Assembly: GCA_963796105.1 (NCBI GenBank)
Contig: CAWCKJ010000004.1
Span: 1,088,001 to 1,152,000, forward strand
Length of the DNA: 64,000 nt
Direction: 5' to 3'
Origin: a candidate division FCPU426 bacterium
GTDB lineage: Bacteria > Oederibacteriota > Muellerivitia > Muellerivitales > Muellerivitaceae
Shown here: piece by piece, positions 21,080 to 31,067 of the stretch
Position numbering within the stretch: the first letter of the stretch is position 1
Layout of the letters: each line of letters begins with the position of its first letter
Notes under the pieces: generated by a model
Databases searched by the model: none
Seen by the model: only the letters and a program-made list of their open reading frames with translations
What the model was told of the DNA's origin: nothing
Translations under genes and position numbers: made by a program

Positions 21080-21331
21080 GTAACCTCTGAAAAAGTCGGC
21101 CATGGCCTCCTTTTTCAGAAAACAAATTATGGAAACCCCCGATTTGACGGCGCTCATAGGGAAAACCCCCTATGTACCCGCAAAACCAAGGCCTGCGGAA
21201 ATCTTTGTCCTCCATCGCGTTTTAACGCGATGGAATTCAGGACTATTCCGATCTCTTTTAGGGATTAATAGAAATTCGGCATGGGGTCGAAACCCCTGTT
21301 GGTCGCTTTTAAATAGTTTTTCAGAGGTTTC
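21080..21331. mobile_element. MITE copy 2 (252 bp)
   Basis: Same TIRs as 3063-3192. 5-bp TSD AAAAT at 21075-21079 and 21332-21336. Carries two extra internal segments. Confidence 0.85.
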
Positions 21332-21358
21332 AAAATCAATGCCAAGAGGGGAGTCCCG

Positions 21359-24300
21359 TTGACGCACTTTATCGCGGTGAATATCTTCCTTCCCATTCTT
21401 TTTGACGACGCGGGCAACGAGGACATCGAGCCCATTCTCGCCACCCAGTTTTTCATCATCGAGCAAAAATTCCAGGCCCTTACGGTCATCCACATGAAGC
21501 GCACCCCCAGGGGCCTCCTCGCGGTATTCGAGAACACCGATCCCCTTCCCGGCCTGTTGGAGATGCAATCCGAGTTCTCGAAATACGTGTGGAAAACATA
21601 CGGCAAGGCGACACTTCAACTGGCCGTGCACTCGGAGAAGCCGGGACAATGGTGGGATGATTTCAGGGGCCCCGAGTTCGACCATGTGTCGGCGCTATTG
21701 GCCGCGGCCAGGCTTGGGCAGATCCTCCTCACCGAGCAGGCGGCTTCCCAACTCGCCCCGCCCCCGGGGTATTTGTTCAAGGACCTGGGGGTCCATTCCT
21801 TGAACGACTTGTCGGAGCCGAAAACTCTTTATTCCCTCCGCCCGGCCGGTTCGGCCGTCTCCGAGGACCTGGCACCCCGCTCCCTCAAGTCCTATCCCCA
21901 GAACCTGCCTTCCCAGGCGACCCCCTTCTACGGCAGGGAGGAGGAATTGGCGGAAATCACCTCGTGTCTCCTGAATCCCACGACCCGTCTTTTGACCCTG
22001 GCGGGGCCGGGGGGATTCGGAAAAACCCGGTTGGGTTTGAAAGTGGCCTCCCAACTGGTGACCCATTTCCCGAACGGCGTTTATTTCGTGCCCCTGGCCC
22101 AATTGAGCACGGACAGCCACATGGTGACCAGCCTGGCCCACGCGGTGGGATTCACATTCACGGGCATGGAGGATTCCCAGAGGCAGTTGATCCAATTCCT
22201 CGCCGGCAAAAAAATGCTGATCCTTCTGGATAATTTCGAGCATATCCTGGACGGGGCGGTCTTGGTGGACGCCCTCCTGAAGGGGGCGCCGGGCTTGAAG
22301 GCCCTGGTGACAACCAGGGAAAAGCTCCGGCTGGAGGATGAAATTGTCATCGAGGTGAAGGGACTCTCCTATCCGATGGAGGAGCACGAGGGTGAGGCTG
22401 TCCGTTACAGCGCCGTGAGGCTTTTCCTGAGGAGCGCGAGGGCGGTCGCGGCCCCGGACTTCAACCCCTCCCCTGAGGAATTGGTCCAAGTGGCCAGGAT
22501 CAGCCGTTTCCTGGAGGGAATGCCGCTGGGGATCGAACTGGCCTCGGCCTGGGTCAAGTCCCTCCCGGTTTCCGAGATCGCGGCCAAGATTTCCACCAAC
22601 CGGGATTTCGTGGCGGCGGAAATGCCGTACCTGCCGGCCCGTCACCAGAGCTTGAGGGCGATATTCGAGTATTCCTGGGACCTGCTCTCCGCCGTCCAGA
22701 GAAGGGCCTTGAAAACCGCCTCGGTATTCAAGGGGGGGTTCACCCTGGAGGCGGCCGCCCATGTGGGAGCCGTTCCCCTCTCGGTCTGGCCCCAATTGAC
22801 CGAGAAATACCTCGTCACCGAGAAGTCCAAGGACCATTACGAGCTGCATGACCTGGTGAGGTATTACGCCAAGGAAAAACTTTTCGAGAACCCGGTGGAA
22901 AAGGAACAGGTCCTGGACGCGCATTGCGAATACCTGGCCGTGACGCTCCGCCAGAAGGAAAAGGAACTCCAGGGGCCGAGGCGGGGGAAGGCGATGGAAT
23001 TCCTGCTGTCCCAGATGGGGAACATCCGGGATGGCTGGAGAAGGGCGGTGGAAAAAGGGCAGGAAAACCGGATCGAGGATTACCTGGACTGCCTTTTTGA
23101 TATTTACCAGGATAAGGGATGGTCCCAGGAGGGTTCCGGGGTCTTCGAGGAGGCGGGCAAGCAACTTTTAGAAAAGGCAGGGGGCCGCGCAAATGGAAAA
23201 TCCGCCCTGTTGATAGGAAAGATCTATTCCCGGTGGGCGTCCCTTCTCCAGCAAATGGGAAGAATGAATGAGGCCTTGATGGTTTTCCAGGGAAGCCTCA
23301 AATTCTTGAAGCCGACGAAGAGTTTGAAACAAGTGGCGTTTTGTTATAACGGGTTGGGCGTGACCCTCACCGACCTGGCCCAGGATAAGAAGGCCAGGAA
23401 TTATTTCAACAAGGCCCTGAGGATTTATCAAAAGGCCAAGGATCCTTCCGGGACTGCCAGGTTGTACAACAACCTGGGGCATAACATCATGAGGGCCGGG
23501 AATTTCCGGCAGGCCCGGATCTTGATTCAGAAGGCGCTGACCTATTTCGAGAGTGGCGGCGACCTGAAAGGCACGGCGGACTCCTATATCCTCCTAGGAA
23601 CCATTCAACACGACATGGGGGACAATTCCTCGGCTCGGGCGTTGTTCCAAAAGGCCTTGGGCGCTTACGTGGAATGCGACAACCGGCGGGGCATGGCCTG
23701 GGCCTTTACGAATATGGGGGAAGTGGCGGAGGCCGTGGGGGATTTCAACGGCGCCAAGGAGATGTACCAGGAGGGCCTCGGACTCCATGAGGGTTTGGGG
23801 GACCGGAAGGCCATGGGATGGTCCAAGGGCCTGCTGGCCTGGATCAATTGGGCCATCGGGGATTACGCGAAGGCCAAGCAATACGCCAAGTCGGGGTTTG
23901 AGGACTTCCGGTTCGTGAAAGACGTCAGGGGTGAGGCTTGGGCGCTGGAACTACAGGGAAACCTGGCGGTCAGCGAGGGGGATTTCAAGGGCGCCCGGCA
24001 ATTCTACAACGAGTGCCATGACCTGGTGAAAACCAAGGAAATCCTTTCCATGGGGAAAGCTTGGCACCTGTACCATCTGGGGGATCTTTTGAGCGCCGAG
24101 GGCAAACTTGACGCGGCCTATCCTTATCTCAAGAAATCCCTGGCGATGTTCCAGACCATCGGCGAGAACATCGGGATCATTACCGCCTTGACCCAGTTGG
24201 CGGAGGTGGAGTACGAGAAAGGAATGATGGGGAAAGCCAGGAACCGCCTGGTTAAAACCTTCGAGAAAGCCCTCGCCACCCATTCGCTCCCCCACTTGAC

Positions 24301-24610
24301 GGACGCCATGGTGGTGCTCGCCCAATGGCTGATCGCCCAAAACATCAATTCCAACGCTTTCGCCTACCTGACCCTGGCCGTGAGCCATCCGACCTGCCGG
24401 CGCCAGACGAAGGATCGGGCGGCGAAGTACCTGACCCACCTGCAATACCGCCTGCCCCCAGGGGAGGTGGAGAAAATCTTCAGGTGGTCCAAGACCGTCC
24501 AACTGGAGGAAGTCGCCCAAAACTGGTTGACCGAGCAAGAGAAAAAACCAAAGGGAAAGGGCGTGAAAACCCGCGCGAAGAAAACCCGGAATAAAGCCAA
24601 GAAACGCTGA
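21359..24610 (+). CDS. STAND-type ATPase-TPR protein with degenerate N-terminal class III cyclase-like domain
   Basis: NLPSQATPFYGREEEL, Walker A GPGGFGKT, Walker B LLDNFEH, EGMPLGIELA, RHQSLRAIFEYSW, many TPRs. The N-terminus retains GQILLT...DLGVHSLNDL. Confidence 0.88.
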   Translation: MTHFIAVNIFLPILFDDAGNEDIEPILATQFFIIEQKFQALTVIHMKRTPRGLLAVFENTDPLPGLLEMQSEFSKYVWKTYGKATLQLAVHSEKPGQWWDDFRGPEFDHVSALLAAARLGQILLTEQAASQLAPPPGYLFKDLGVHSLNDLSEPKTLYSLRPAGSAVSEDLAPRSLKSYPQNLPSQATPFYGREEELAEITSCLLNPTTRLLTLAGPGGFGKTRLGLKVASQLVTHFPNGVYFVPLAQLSTDSHMVTSLAHAVGFTFTGMEDSQRQLIQFLAGKKMLILLDNFEHILDGAVLVDALLKGAPGLKALVTTREKLRLEDEIVIEVKGLSYPMEEHEGEAVRYSAVRLFLRSARAVAAPDFNPSPEELVQVARISRFLEGMPLGIELASAWVKSLPVSEIAAKISTNRDFVAAEMPYLPARHQSLRAIFEYSWDLLSAVQRRALKTASVFKGGFTLEAAAHVGAVPLSVWPQLTEKYLVTEKSKDHYELHDLVRYYAKEKLFENPVEKEQVLDAHCEYLAVTLRQKEKELQGPRRGKAMEFLLSQMGNIRDGWRRAVEKGQENRIEDYLDCLFDIYQDKGWSQEGSGVFEEAGKQLLEKAGGRANGKSALLIGKIYSRWASLLQQMGRMNEALMVFQGSLKFLKPTKSLKQVAFCYNGLGVTLTDLAQDKKARNYFNKALRIYQKAKDPSGTARLYNNLGHNIMRAGNFRQARILIQKALTYFESGGDLKGTADSYILLGTIQHDMGDNSSARALFQKALGAYVECDNRRGMAWAFTNMGEVAEAVGDFNGAKEMYQEGLGLHEGLGDRKAMGWSKGLLAWINWAIGDYAKAKQYAKSGFEDFRFVKDVRGEAWALELQGNLAVSEGDFKGARQFYNECHDLVKTKEILSMGKAWHLYHLGDLLSAEGKLDAAYPYLKKSLAMFQTIGENIGIITALTQLAEVEYEKGMMGKARNRLVKTFEKALATHSLPHLTDAMVVLAQWLIAQNINSNAFAYLTLAVSHPTCRRQTKDRAAKYLTHLQYRLPPGEVEKIFRWSKTVQLEEVAQNWLTEQEKKPKGKGVKTRAKKTRNKAKKR

Positions 24611-24716
24611 AATATCGAGGTGTTCAAGGGAGTTAGCGCGGTTATTTCTCCCGTGGGCGGCCTTGGCGGTTGGGGCGTGATTCCAAGCGTTTTTTGCGGC
24701 CCGGGTGATCCGGACC

Positions 24717-24768
24717 TTGACGGTTGCTTTAATGGCGGTTAAATTAAAAGTATGATAAAACGTCATAC
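24717..24768 (+). promoter_or_regulatory. Putative TA promoter with palindromic operator
   Basis: TTGACG-N17-TAAATT, then the inverted repeat GTATGA-N7-TCATAC (24750-24768) just before the GGAGG RBS. Confidence 0.55.
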
Positions 24769-24779
24769 CGGAGGTTTTT

Positions 24780-25022
24780 ATGGCTGCGGCTAAAATTGCC
24801 ATCACCATCGATCGGGAAATCCTTAAAAACGTGGACCGGTTGGTGGAAAAGAAAATTTACCCCAACCGCAGCCGGGCTATCGGAGACGCGCTTCGGGAAA
24901 AAATCGCGAGGCTGGGCCGGAACCGTCTCGCCAATGAATGCGCTAAATTGGATCGAAAAGCGGAGCAAGCCCTGGCGGATGAGGGCTTATCCAGCGAGTT
25001 GAAAAATTGGCCAAAGTATTAA
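24780..25022 (+). CDS. Ribbon-helix-helix (CopG/NikR-like) antitoxin
   Basis: KIAITID...VDRLV...YPNRSRAI; overlaps the toxin gene. Confidence 0.88.
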   Translation: MAAAKIAITIDREILKNVDRLVEKKIYPNRSRAIGDALREKIARLGRNRLANECAKLDRKAEQALADEGLSSELKNWPKY

Positions 25023-25345
25023 GGGGTGATATTCTCTGGGCGGATTTGAATCCCGTCAAAGGCCATGAGCAATCCGGCTTAAGGCCGGTTTTGATATTAA
25101 GCCATGACGTTTTTAACGAGAGATCAGGCACGGTCATCGCCGTAGCCCTCACCAGCCGTGAGCCCAAAGCCGGTTTTCCCCTCACCTTCGGGCTCAACTC
25201 CCGAAAATTACCGAAAAAATCCTGGGTTAAAATCAGCCAAATCAGGACCTTGTCCGTGGAGCGTTTGGGCGTCAAATTAGGCCGGGCGACTCCCGAGGAA
25301 ATATCCCAAATTGTTGAGGGACTGGAAGAAATTATCGGCGATTGA
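25007..25345 (+). CDS. mazF: PemK/MazF family endoribonuclease toxin
   Basis: [39 protein letters not shown]. Confidence 0.95.
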   Translation: MAKVLRGDILWADLNPVKGHEQSGLRPVLILSHDVFNERSGTVIAVALTSREPKAGFPLTFGLNSRKLPKKSWVKISQIRTLSVERLGVKLGRATPEEISQIVEGLEEIIGD

Positions 25346-25551
25346 TGGCCTGGTATCCAACCTTTTGAAATCTTCAATAATTCAACATTTAAAATTGATG
25401 ATTTCGGCTGAACATGGTGAAAAGGAAGGCTTCGGGGGTTTTTCAGGGATTCAGGAAGAGGTTTTCTGAATGTAAAATGAAGACATGAACCCGATGTTTG
25501 AGAAAGGGGCCTTCACCGGACGTTTTCCGGGACAGGAATTGAAACGAAGCC

Positions 25552-26391
25552 ATGACAAAAAATTTTCAAGTTAAGAGCATTTTGTGTCTTGCGGGTATTT
25601 TGCTTGCTTGTTGCGGGCTCAGCCATGGTGAGGAGAACCTTTTTACCCCGACTTTAGTTCCTCAGCCCACATCAACCCCTCCAGCGGAAGAATCCATCAC
25701 TTGGACCCCAACCGCGACCCCGACTTTTATTGTAAATGGCTCGTCCAGTTCCCTGGAAACTCCCACTCCCATCAGTTCCAAGCCGGAAATGCTTTGGACC
25801 CTCGGGCCCGCGACCACTCCAGTGTCACCCATCAACCGGGAAAAACCCTCAAAATGGGTGTCGTCAACAGGTTTGGGGATCGGCCTGCCTGGCAGCGGCA
25901 ACATTCAAAAGGCCTATGGCCCGGCTTTCGCGTTTGACCTCGGAAGCGGTTACCTCCTCTCGAACCGGTTGTCCCTTTGGCTGAACGTGGGCTTGGACCA
26001 GTTTAGTTCCAAGAATGATTCCCTGACCAACGGTAATAACTACATGGTCATTGGGGCGGCCTTTCTGATCCGGGCACGGCTGTTGCTTTCGGATTTTAGT
26101 CCTTATTTTTTCTTGGGCCCCGGGCTGGCGTACAACGAGAATCGAAGCGATAACACCATCCAATACGATTCCAACACCGGTTATTCCAATGTCCCGATCA
26201 ATTCCTACGAGTTTGATTTTCTCGCCGAGGGAGGTTTGGGATTTCAATTGAAGGCGGGAGAGGGGATCGACCTTTATCTTGAGGGAAAATTAATATATGA
26301 CTTCGCCAGCTCCCATTTCGCCGGCACCGCCTCAACGGACAGTCCCGATATTTTGATCCCATTGGAAATGGGGGTTATTTTTGGTTATTAA
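25552..26391 (+). CDS. Putative outer-membrane beta-barrel protein with Pro/Thr-rich N-terminal linker
   Basis: Signal peptide, [12 protein letters not shown] linker, amphipathic strands (FSPYFFLGPGLAY, EGGLGFQL), aromatic C-terminus GVIFGY. Confidence 0.75.
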   Translation: MTKNFQVKSILCLAGILLACCGLSHGEENLFTPTLVPQPTSTPPAEESITWTPTATPTFIVNGSSSSLETPTPISSKPEMLWTLGPATTPVSPINREKPSKWVSSTGLGIGLPGSGNIQKAYGPAFAFDLGSGYLLSNRLSLWLNVGLDQFSSKNDSLTNGNNYMVIGAAFLIRARLLLSDFSPYFFLGPGLAYNENRSDNTIQYDSNTGYSNVPINSYEFDFLAEGGLGFQLKAGEGIDLYLEGKLIYDFASSHFAGTASTDSPDILIPLEMGVIFGY

Positions 26392-26423
26392 ATGTCTCAA
26401 ACGATGCGGATGATGGATTGGGT

Positions 26424-26758
26424 GAGGTTTTAAAGGGTAGGTAGGGGTTTTCCCCGTGAGCAAACTGGTGGTTGGGACGCGATTCAAACCGCTTTTTGCG
26501 GCCCGGGTTGGTACGGACTCTGACAGTTGTTTAAAGAACCGCTAAATTGAACCGAAAAGCGGGGCAAGTTTTGGTGGATGAGGGCTTTTCCAGCGGTTTG
26601 AAAAATTGGCCAAATTATTAAGAGGTGGTATTCTCTGGGTAGATTTAAATCAACAGGAACTGGATATCGGAACACGGTGAAAAGGAAGGTTTTGGCGGAG
26701 GATCAGGGATTCAGGAAGATGTTTTCCAAATGTAAACTGAAAACGTGACCCCGTTGTT
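26424..26758 (+). pseudogene. Internally deleted, diverged duplicate of the TA cassette and its flanks
   Basis: Colinear similarity to about 24617-24745, 24941-25052 and 25410-25500. Example: GAAAAATTGGCCAAATTATTAAGAGGTGGTATTCTCTGGG vs GAAAAATTGGCCAAAGTATTAAGGGGTGATATTCTCTGGG. Confidence 0.8.
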
Positions 26759-27178
26759 GTTTTTGTCCTACAAATGCAATCAAGAGGATGTTTTTTTAGG
26801 AGTTTATTATGAACGATTTAAAAAATGCATGGGCGGGAAGACTATATGGAACAAATACCGGTAATGTTTTTGTGGAGTATACCCAAACCGAGAACCTTAT
26901 CTCCGGATTAGCACGATTTCATGACGATAGATTTGGAATAACTATTTATGATATTTCCGGTTCAATGATTGAAGGCAAAATGAAAGTCAGGGGAGTTCCC
27001 CAAAAAAATCCTCCAGGAACTGTTGTTGAAGAAGCAACGATTGAAGTCGACTTGAAACAAGACGGCAGTTTAGCTGGTCGTTGGGAAACAACCATTGGGA
27101 GCGCTGGAACGCTGAAACTATATCCTCATAGTTATGAAAACATGGCAAGTAAAAGTAAGGAACCTGAACAAATTTATA

Positions 27179-28822
27179 CCTGAATTTTGCACCGAGTTTA
27201 CCGATTCCGTGGCCAGATCGGCCTGAATCGGGACCCGACAGTGGCCATTTTCATCAGAAGTGAACTTATGTGCAAAGAATTTTTTGCACCAAGCCACTTC
27301 TAGGCCGCCCTGGGTCTTTCCAATCGTTTTCGATCAAGGTATTTGAGGAAACCCAATAGGCCCGCTGTCCTATCATCATGGATTGAATACCTCACCACAT
27401 CCCGATGGCCGTGATACTGGATTCGGGCGGCTACAAAGAGCATCTTCAAACGTGCGATCCGAAGGGTATGGTCCGGCATGGTGATCTGTTCCTTCTCCTG
27501 TGGCTTCTTTCCCGGTCGCTTTTCTTTTCCACAATGGCCCACCATTAGTTTCATCCACCTCCAGAGGTTGTAAGCCAGCATCACGATCTGGAAAAAAGCA
27601 TGGTGGCTTTGGAAACTCTTAGAGGGAATTGCTAATAACCCCTCCCGTTGCGCCTCACCAATCAGGTTTTCCACATCCGCGCGCAGGTCGTATTCCTCAA
27701 CCACCCGATGGGGTGCTCCCAGACAGTTGGTCGCGAAGATTCGGTAGACATATCCTTCCATTTCAGGAAGGCTCAATTGTTTCTCCCGCGCTTTTTCATC
27801 CAGCGTCCTCATCGCCACAAACCGGACTGGTTGTTGCCAGCCTATGGGTTGATGGACACATTCGTTGTATTCGTGTTCTCCATGGCGGTACCAACCCTTT
27901 TTCGTGAAAGGCGGGTCATGCCGCTTGTTCCCGAAGATGAAAGAAAACCCTTCTTTTTCACAGGCTTTCACGCTTTCCCAGCCGATCATTTCACCGTCAC
28001 CGCGCACCAGAATCGTCCGGACACAGGACGGCAAGAGTCGCCGGAATTGTCTAATTTGGCGGGCCACTTCCTCAGAACTAAGGGTGGTTCCGCGTCTTTG
28101 GGTTCCGCACAAATATTCCCGGGTTTCCTGGAGAAAACACAGAATGGGCCTCAGTCCCTTCTTGCCCCGGTGCTTGGGGTTGTATCCTTTTCGGCTTCCC
28201 TCGATATTTCCGTAGACCGTTGCGGTGGTGGTATCGATGTTGATCTCCACCTTCTTGGGGGCATATTTCACCTGTCCCCAAACCTTGGCCCGTAACGCCC
28301 CACTCAGATTCAGCAACGATGCCGACTGCCCGATCCCCAGCGACCTCAGGTATCTCCAAAAAGTTGTCACTACCGGCAACAAGGGAACCCGCAGTAAACC
28401 GCACAGCATGACCTCACCCCGCAGGTAGGCAAAATGGCCAAGTCTTTGGAACCCGATGAAAAGAAGCATTAGGATGCCGCTTACCATCCGGTAGTGGCCC
28501 AAATTCGGAAGGCGTTTAGGTGCGGCATAGTGTTTTTTGAATTCCCGCTCAAAATCAAGAAGGTCGAACATCTTCGCCAATGCCAACAATCCGCCAAAAG
28601 CTGTTAGGCGGTCTTCGCAAATACCTACGGGAGTATTGGCCGTAATCTTGGGCGCGATTCTCCCGTTTCGATTGGCTTTTTTCTGGACTTGCGGGTTTGA
28701 TTTCTGAGGCGTATCTTGACGTTTCACCATCTGGGGGACCCTCTTTTAGGATGAGTTGGCTTCGCAACCCTTATCCTATAATGGTTTCCTAGATGGTTTT
28801 TTTATTAGGCGCAAAATTCAGG
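27179..28822 (-). mobile_element. IS1380-family insertion sequence (1644 bp)
   Basis: TIRs CCTGAATTTTGCACC / CCTGAATTTTGCGCC. 5-bp TSD TTATA at 27174-27178 and 28823-28827. Confidence 0.93.
27300..28730 (-). CDS. IS1380-family DDE transposase
   Basis: LTAFGGL, INIDTT..VYG..EG...GYNP, VRGDG, Y..RADVENLIGE, LAYNL. Confidence 0.92.
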   Translation of the reverse strand: MVKRQDTPQKSNPQVQKKANRNGRIAPKITANTPVGICEDRLTAFGGLLALAKMFDLLDFEREFKKHYAAPKRLPNLGHYRMVSGILMLLFIGFQRLGHFAYLRGEVMLCGLLRVPLLPVVTTFWRYLRSLGIGQSASLLNLSGALRAKVWGQVKYAPKKVEINIDTTTATVYGNIEGSRKGYNPKHRGKKGLRPILCFLQETREYLCGTQRRGTTLSSEEVARQIRQFRRLLPSCVRTILVRGDGEMIGWESVKACEKEGFSFIFGNKRHDPPFTKKGWYRHGEHEYNECVHQPIGWQQPVRFVAMRTLDEKAREKQLSLPEMEGYVYRIFATNCLGAPHRVVEEYDLRADVENLIGEAQREGLLAIPSKSFQSHHAFFQIVMLAYNLWRWMKLMVGHCGKEKRPGKKPQEKEQITMPDHTLRIARLKMLFVAARIQYHGHRDVVRYSIHDDRTAGLLGFLKYLDRKRLERPRAA

Positions 28823-29551
28823 TTATAACAAAGTAATTCCACTCGGATCAATTAGGCTTTTTAAAAAGGATATAAAACCTCTTATTGATGTAATTGAAAA
28901 AGATTTTACGGAAGGGAAGCTGATAGTAACTTATATGCAACGTGCAAGTGAAGTAACGCGATTTTCTGCAGATTTTTTAAATTCAATTAATGACCTAAAT
29001 GAAATAAAAGGTCTGAAAATATTTATTCAAGAACAGGAAGCGCCAGGAATAAATAAAATGGTTAATGTTGATTTATTTGAAACAACTGGAAATGCAATCC
29101 GCGTATCAGGAATAAATGAATCTTGGGTTGTTGGGAAAGCAGAATCAATAAATAAAGAAATTTCAAACAATCTAAGTTGGGCGGCAACGAAGTATAAGAA
29201 ATATGGTCTAAATCTTAATCTAATCATCTTTTTTCTCATGTTAGTATTTATTCCTGAGATAACCACATGGCCAAAACGGTTAACATTTGTCTGCGGAATA
29301 TATTTATTACTTGTTGTTTTATATCAAATTCACGGAAAACTTATTCCGAACACTATGATTATTCTTAAAGAAAAACAACCCAACTATTTTTCAAGAAGTT
29401 GGCCCGCAATTATCTCCTGGTTGTTTACCATAATGGGCTCAATAGTTGCTGCTTATTTATTTAGGTTCTTAACTAAAAATTGAATATTTTAGAGTCTGGT
29501 ATTTTATATTGAGAGTTGGTCTTATCATCGGAATACTAGAGGAGACAGTAA

Positions 29552-30394
29552 ATGTATTGGAAAGTATTCACGGCCATATTGATATTTTTTGTGATTATAA
29601 AAGGAGCGCTATCCCTTCAAGCCGGTGAGAATCAGAAAACGCCTAAAGATATGGTGTTAATACTAGCTGGAGAATTTACGATGGGTTTGCCGGAGGGAAC
29701 AGGTGAACCCAATGAGCATCCACGACACAAGGTTTACTTGGACGCCTTTTACATCGACAAATACCCAGTGACCAACCTTGAGTTCAAAAAATTCGTGGAT
29801 GCGACAGGATACGTTACCGAAGCTGAAAAAAGCGGCGGCGGTTGGGGGTACAAGGGATCGACTTTTATCGAGGTCGATTCGATCAATTGGAAAGACCCTC
29901 AAGGGGACGGAAAGGGAATCCGGGACAAGATGGATAACCCGGTTGTATTGGTGGATTGGAACGACGCCAATAACTACGCCAAATGGGCGGGAAAGCGCCT
30001 GCCGACTGAGGCGGAATATGAGAAGGCCATTAGGGGTGAGACGGCTACCACCTATTTTTTCGGGGATGACGCGAGCCAATTGGGGGACTATGCCTGGTAC
30101 AGGGATAATTCGGAAAGCGGAACCCATCCAGTGGGAAAGAAGAAGCCGAATCCCTATGGCTTATATGACATTGTAGGGAACGTATGGGAATGGTGTCAGG
30201 ACTGGTATGGGAATAGGTATTACGCGGTAAGCCCGGCGAAGAATCCAAAAGGGCCGAATAGAGGGAAGGAACGTGTCCTCCGGGGCGGTTCGTGGGACGA
30301 CCATGCGGTTGGCCTGTGTACAACTTCCCGGTACTTTATCACACCGGACGCCCGTATTAACAACGACGGTTTTCGCTGCGCCAAAACCCCTTAG
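29552..30394 (+). CDS. Formylglycine-generating enzyme (FGE-sulfatase/SUMF1) domain protein
   Basis: GEFTMG, EHPRHKVYLDAFYIDKYPVTN, KRLPTEAEYE, NPYGLYDIVGNVWEW, RGGSW, GFRC; N-terminal signal. Confidence 0.93.
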   Translation: MYWKVFTAILIFFVIIKGALSLQAGENQKTPKDMVLILAGEFTMGLPEGTGEPNEHPRHKVYLDAFYIDKYPVTNLEFKKFVDATGYVTEAEKSGGGWGYKGSTFIEVDSINWKDPQGDGKGIRDKMDNPVVLVDWNDANNYAKWAGKRLPTEAEYEKAIRGETATTYFFGDDASQLGDYAWYRDNSESGTHPVGKKKPNPYGLYDIVGNVWEWCQDWYGNRYYAVSPAKNPKGPNRGKERVLRGGSWDDHAVGLCTTSRYFITPDARINNDGFRCAKTP

Positions 30395-30404
30395 TTTTTC
30401 TTCC

Positions 30405-31067
30405 CTATCCCAGCCGGGCTGAAAGCTTCTCCCATTCCTTCGGGGGCAACAGCTTTTGGGCCAAACCCTTGATCTTTCCGAAAACCTCGGTTGAGGCTAT
30501 CTGTTTCAGGTTCGTAAGGAATAAGTATCTCTCGGACTTGTTCATGGCGGGGATCATGTAACTGAGCATCATGGCCATGTCGTTGGGAAGGGTGCGGGCA
30601 ATGATCTTTTGGAAACATTTTTTGATTTCCTCGTCCGAGAAATGCTTGTAGAAAGCATCGGTGATCGCCGTTTCTTCCCGGTCCATATGGGCCAGGTAGT
30701 CGGAAAGGAAACGGTTAAAGGCCAGGTAAAACCCGTGACCGGCCTTCTCCCGGTTCGGGATTTGCGTTATCTTGATCCAATCCTCCTCCAGCTGGTCCAG
30801 TTCCGCTTCCAGGCGCCGGTGGTCCTCCCATTCCCGGGAAACGGCCTCGGGGGCTCGTTCCTCCAACTGGGGGAATTGGATTTCATCCTCGTTGGCCGCG
30901 TGTTCCCTTAAAAAATGAAGAATAGTCTCTAACTCCACATCCAAGGCCTTTACCTCGGCCCCGTCCGCCCAATCCACCTGGCCGATCTTAAGCGCCAGCT
31001 CCAACAGCCCCCGGCGCAGACCCTTATGGACATTGGTGAAAACATCCACCCTCTGGTTAGAATCCAT
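30405..31067 (-). CDS. Hemerythrin (HHE) domain protein
   Basis: VHKGLR, EHAANEDEIQFP, DH, HMDREE metal-ligand pattern. Confidence 0.85.
   Translation of the reverse strand: MDSNQRVDVFTNVHKGLRRGLLELALKIGQVDWADGAEVKALDVELETILHFLREHAANEDEIQFPQLEERAPEAVSREWEDHRRLEAELDQLEEDWIKITQIPNREKAGHGFYLAFNRFLSDYLAHMDREETAITDAFYKHFSDEEIKKCFQKIIARTLPNDMAMMLSYMIPAMNKSERYLFLTNLKQIASTEVFGKIKGLAQKLLPPKEWEKLSARLG

Larger units (their letters stand above)
26809..29483 (+). pseudogene. AT-rich hypothetical membrane protein (about 341 aa) interrupted by IS1380
   Basis: Removing the IS and one TTATA copy joins ...PEQIY-NKVIPLGSIRLFKKDIKPLIDVIEKDFTEGKLIVTY-MQRASE... in frame. C-terminal TM helices. Confidence 0.85.

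Noticed and set aside
21695..23164. 489-aa - strand ORF and other long antisense ORFs
   Set aside because: These are GC-rich shadow frames opposite well-supported genes and carry no motifs.
24610..30400. Integron
   Set aside because: No tyrosine integrase and no attC-like structures that I could identify.
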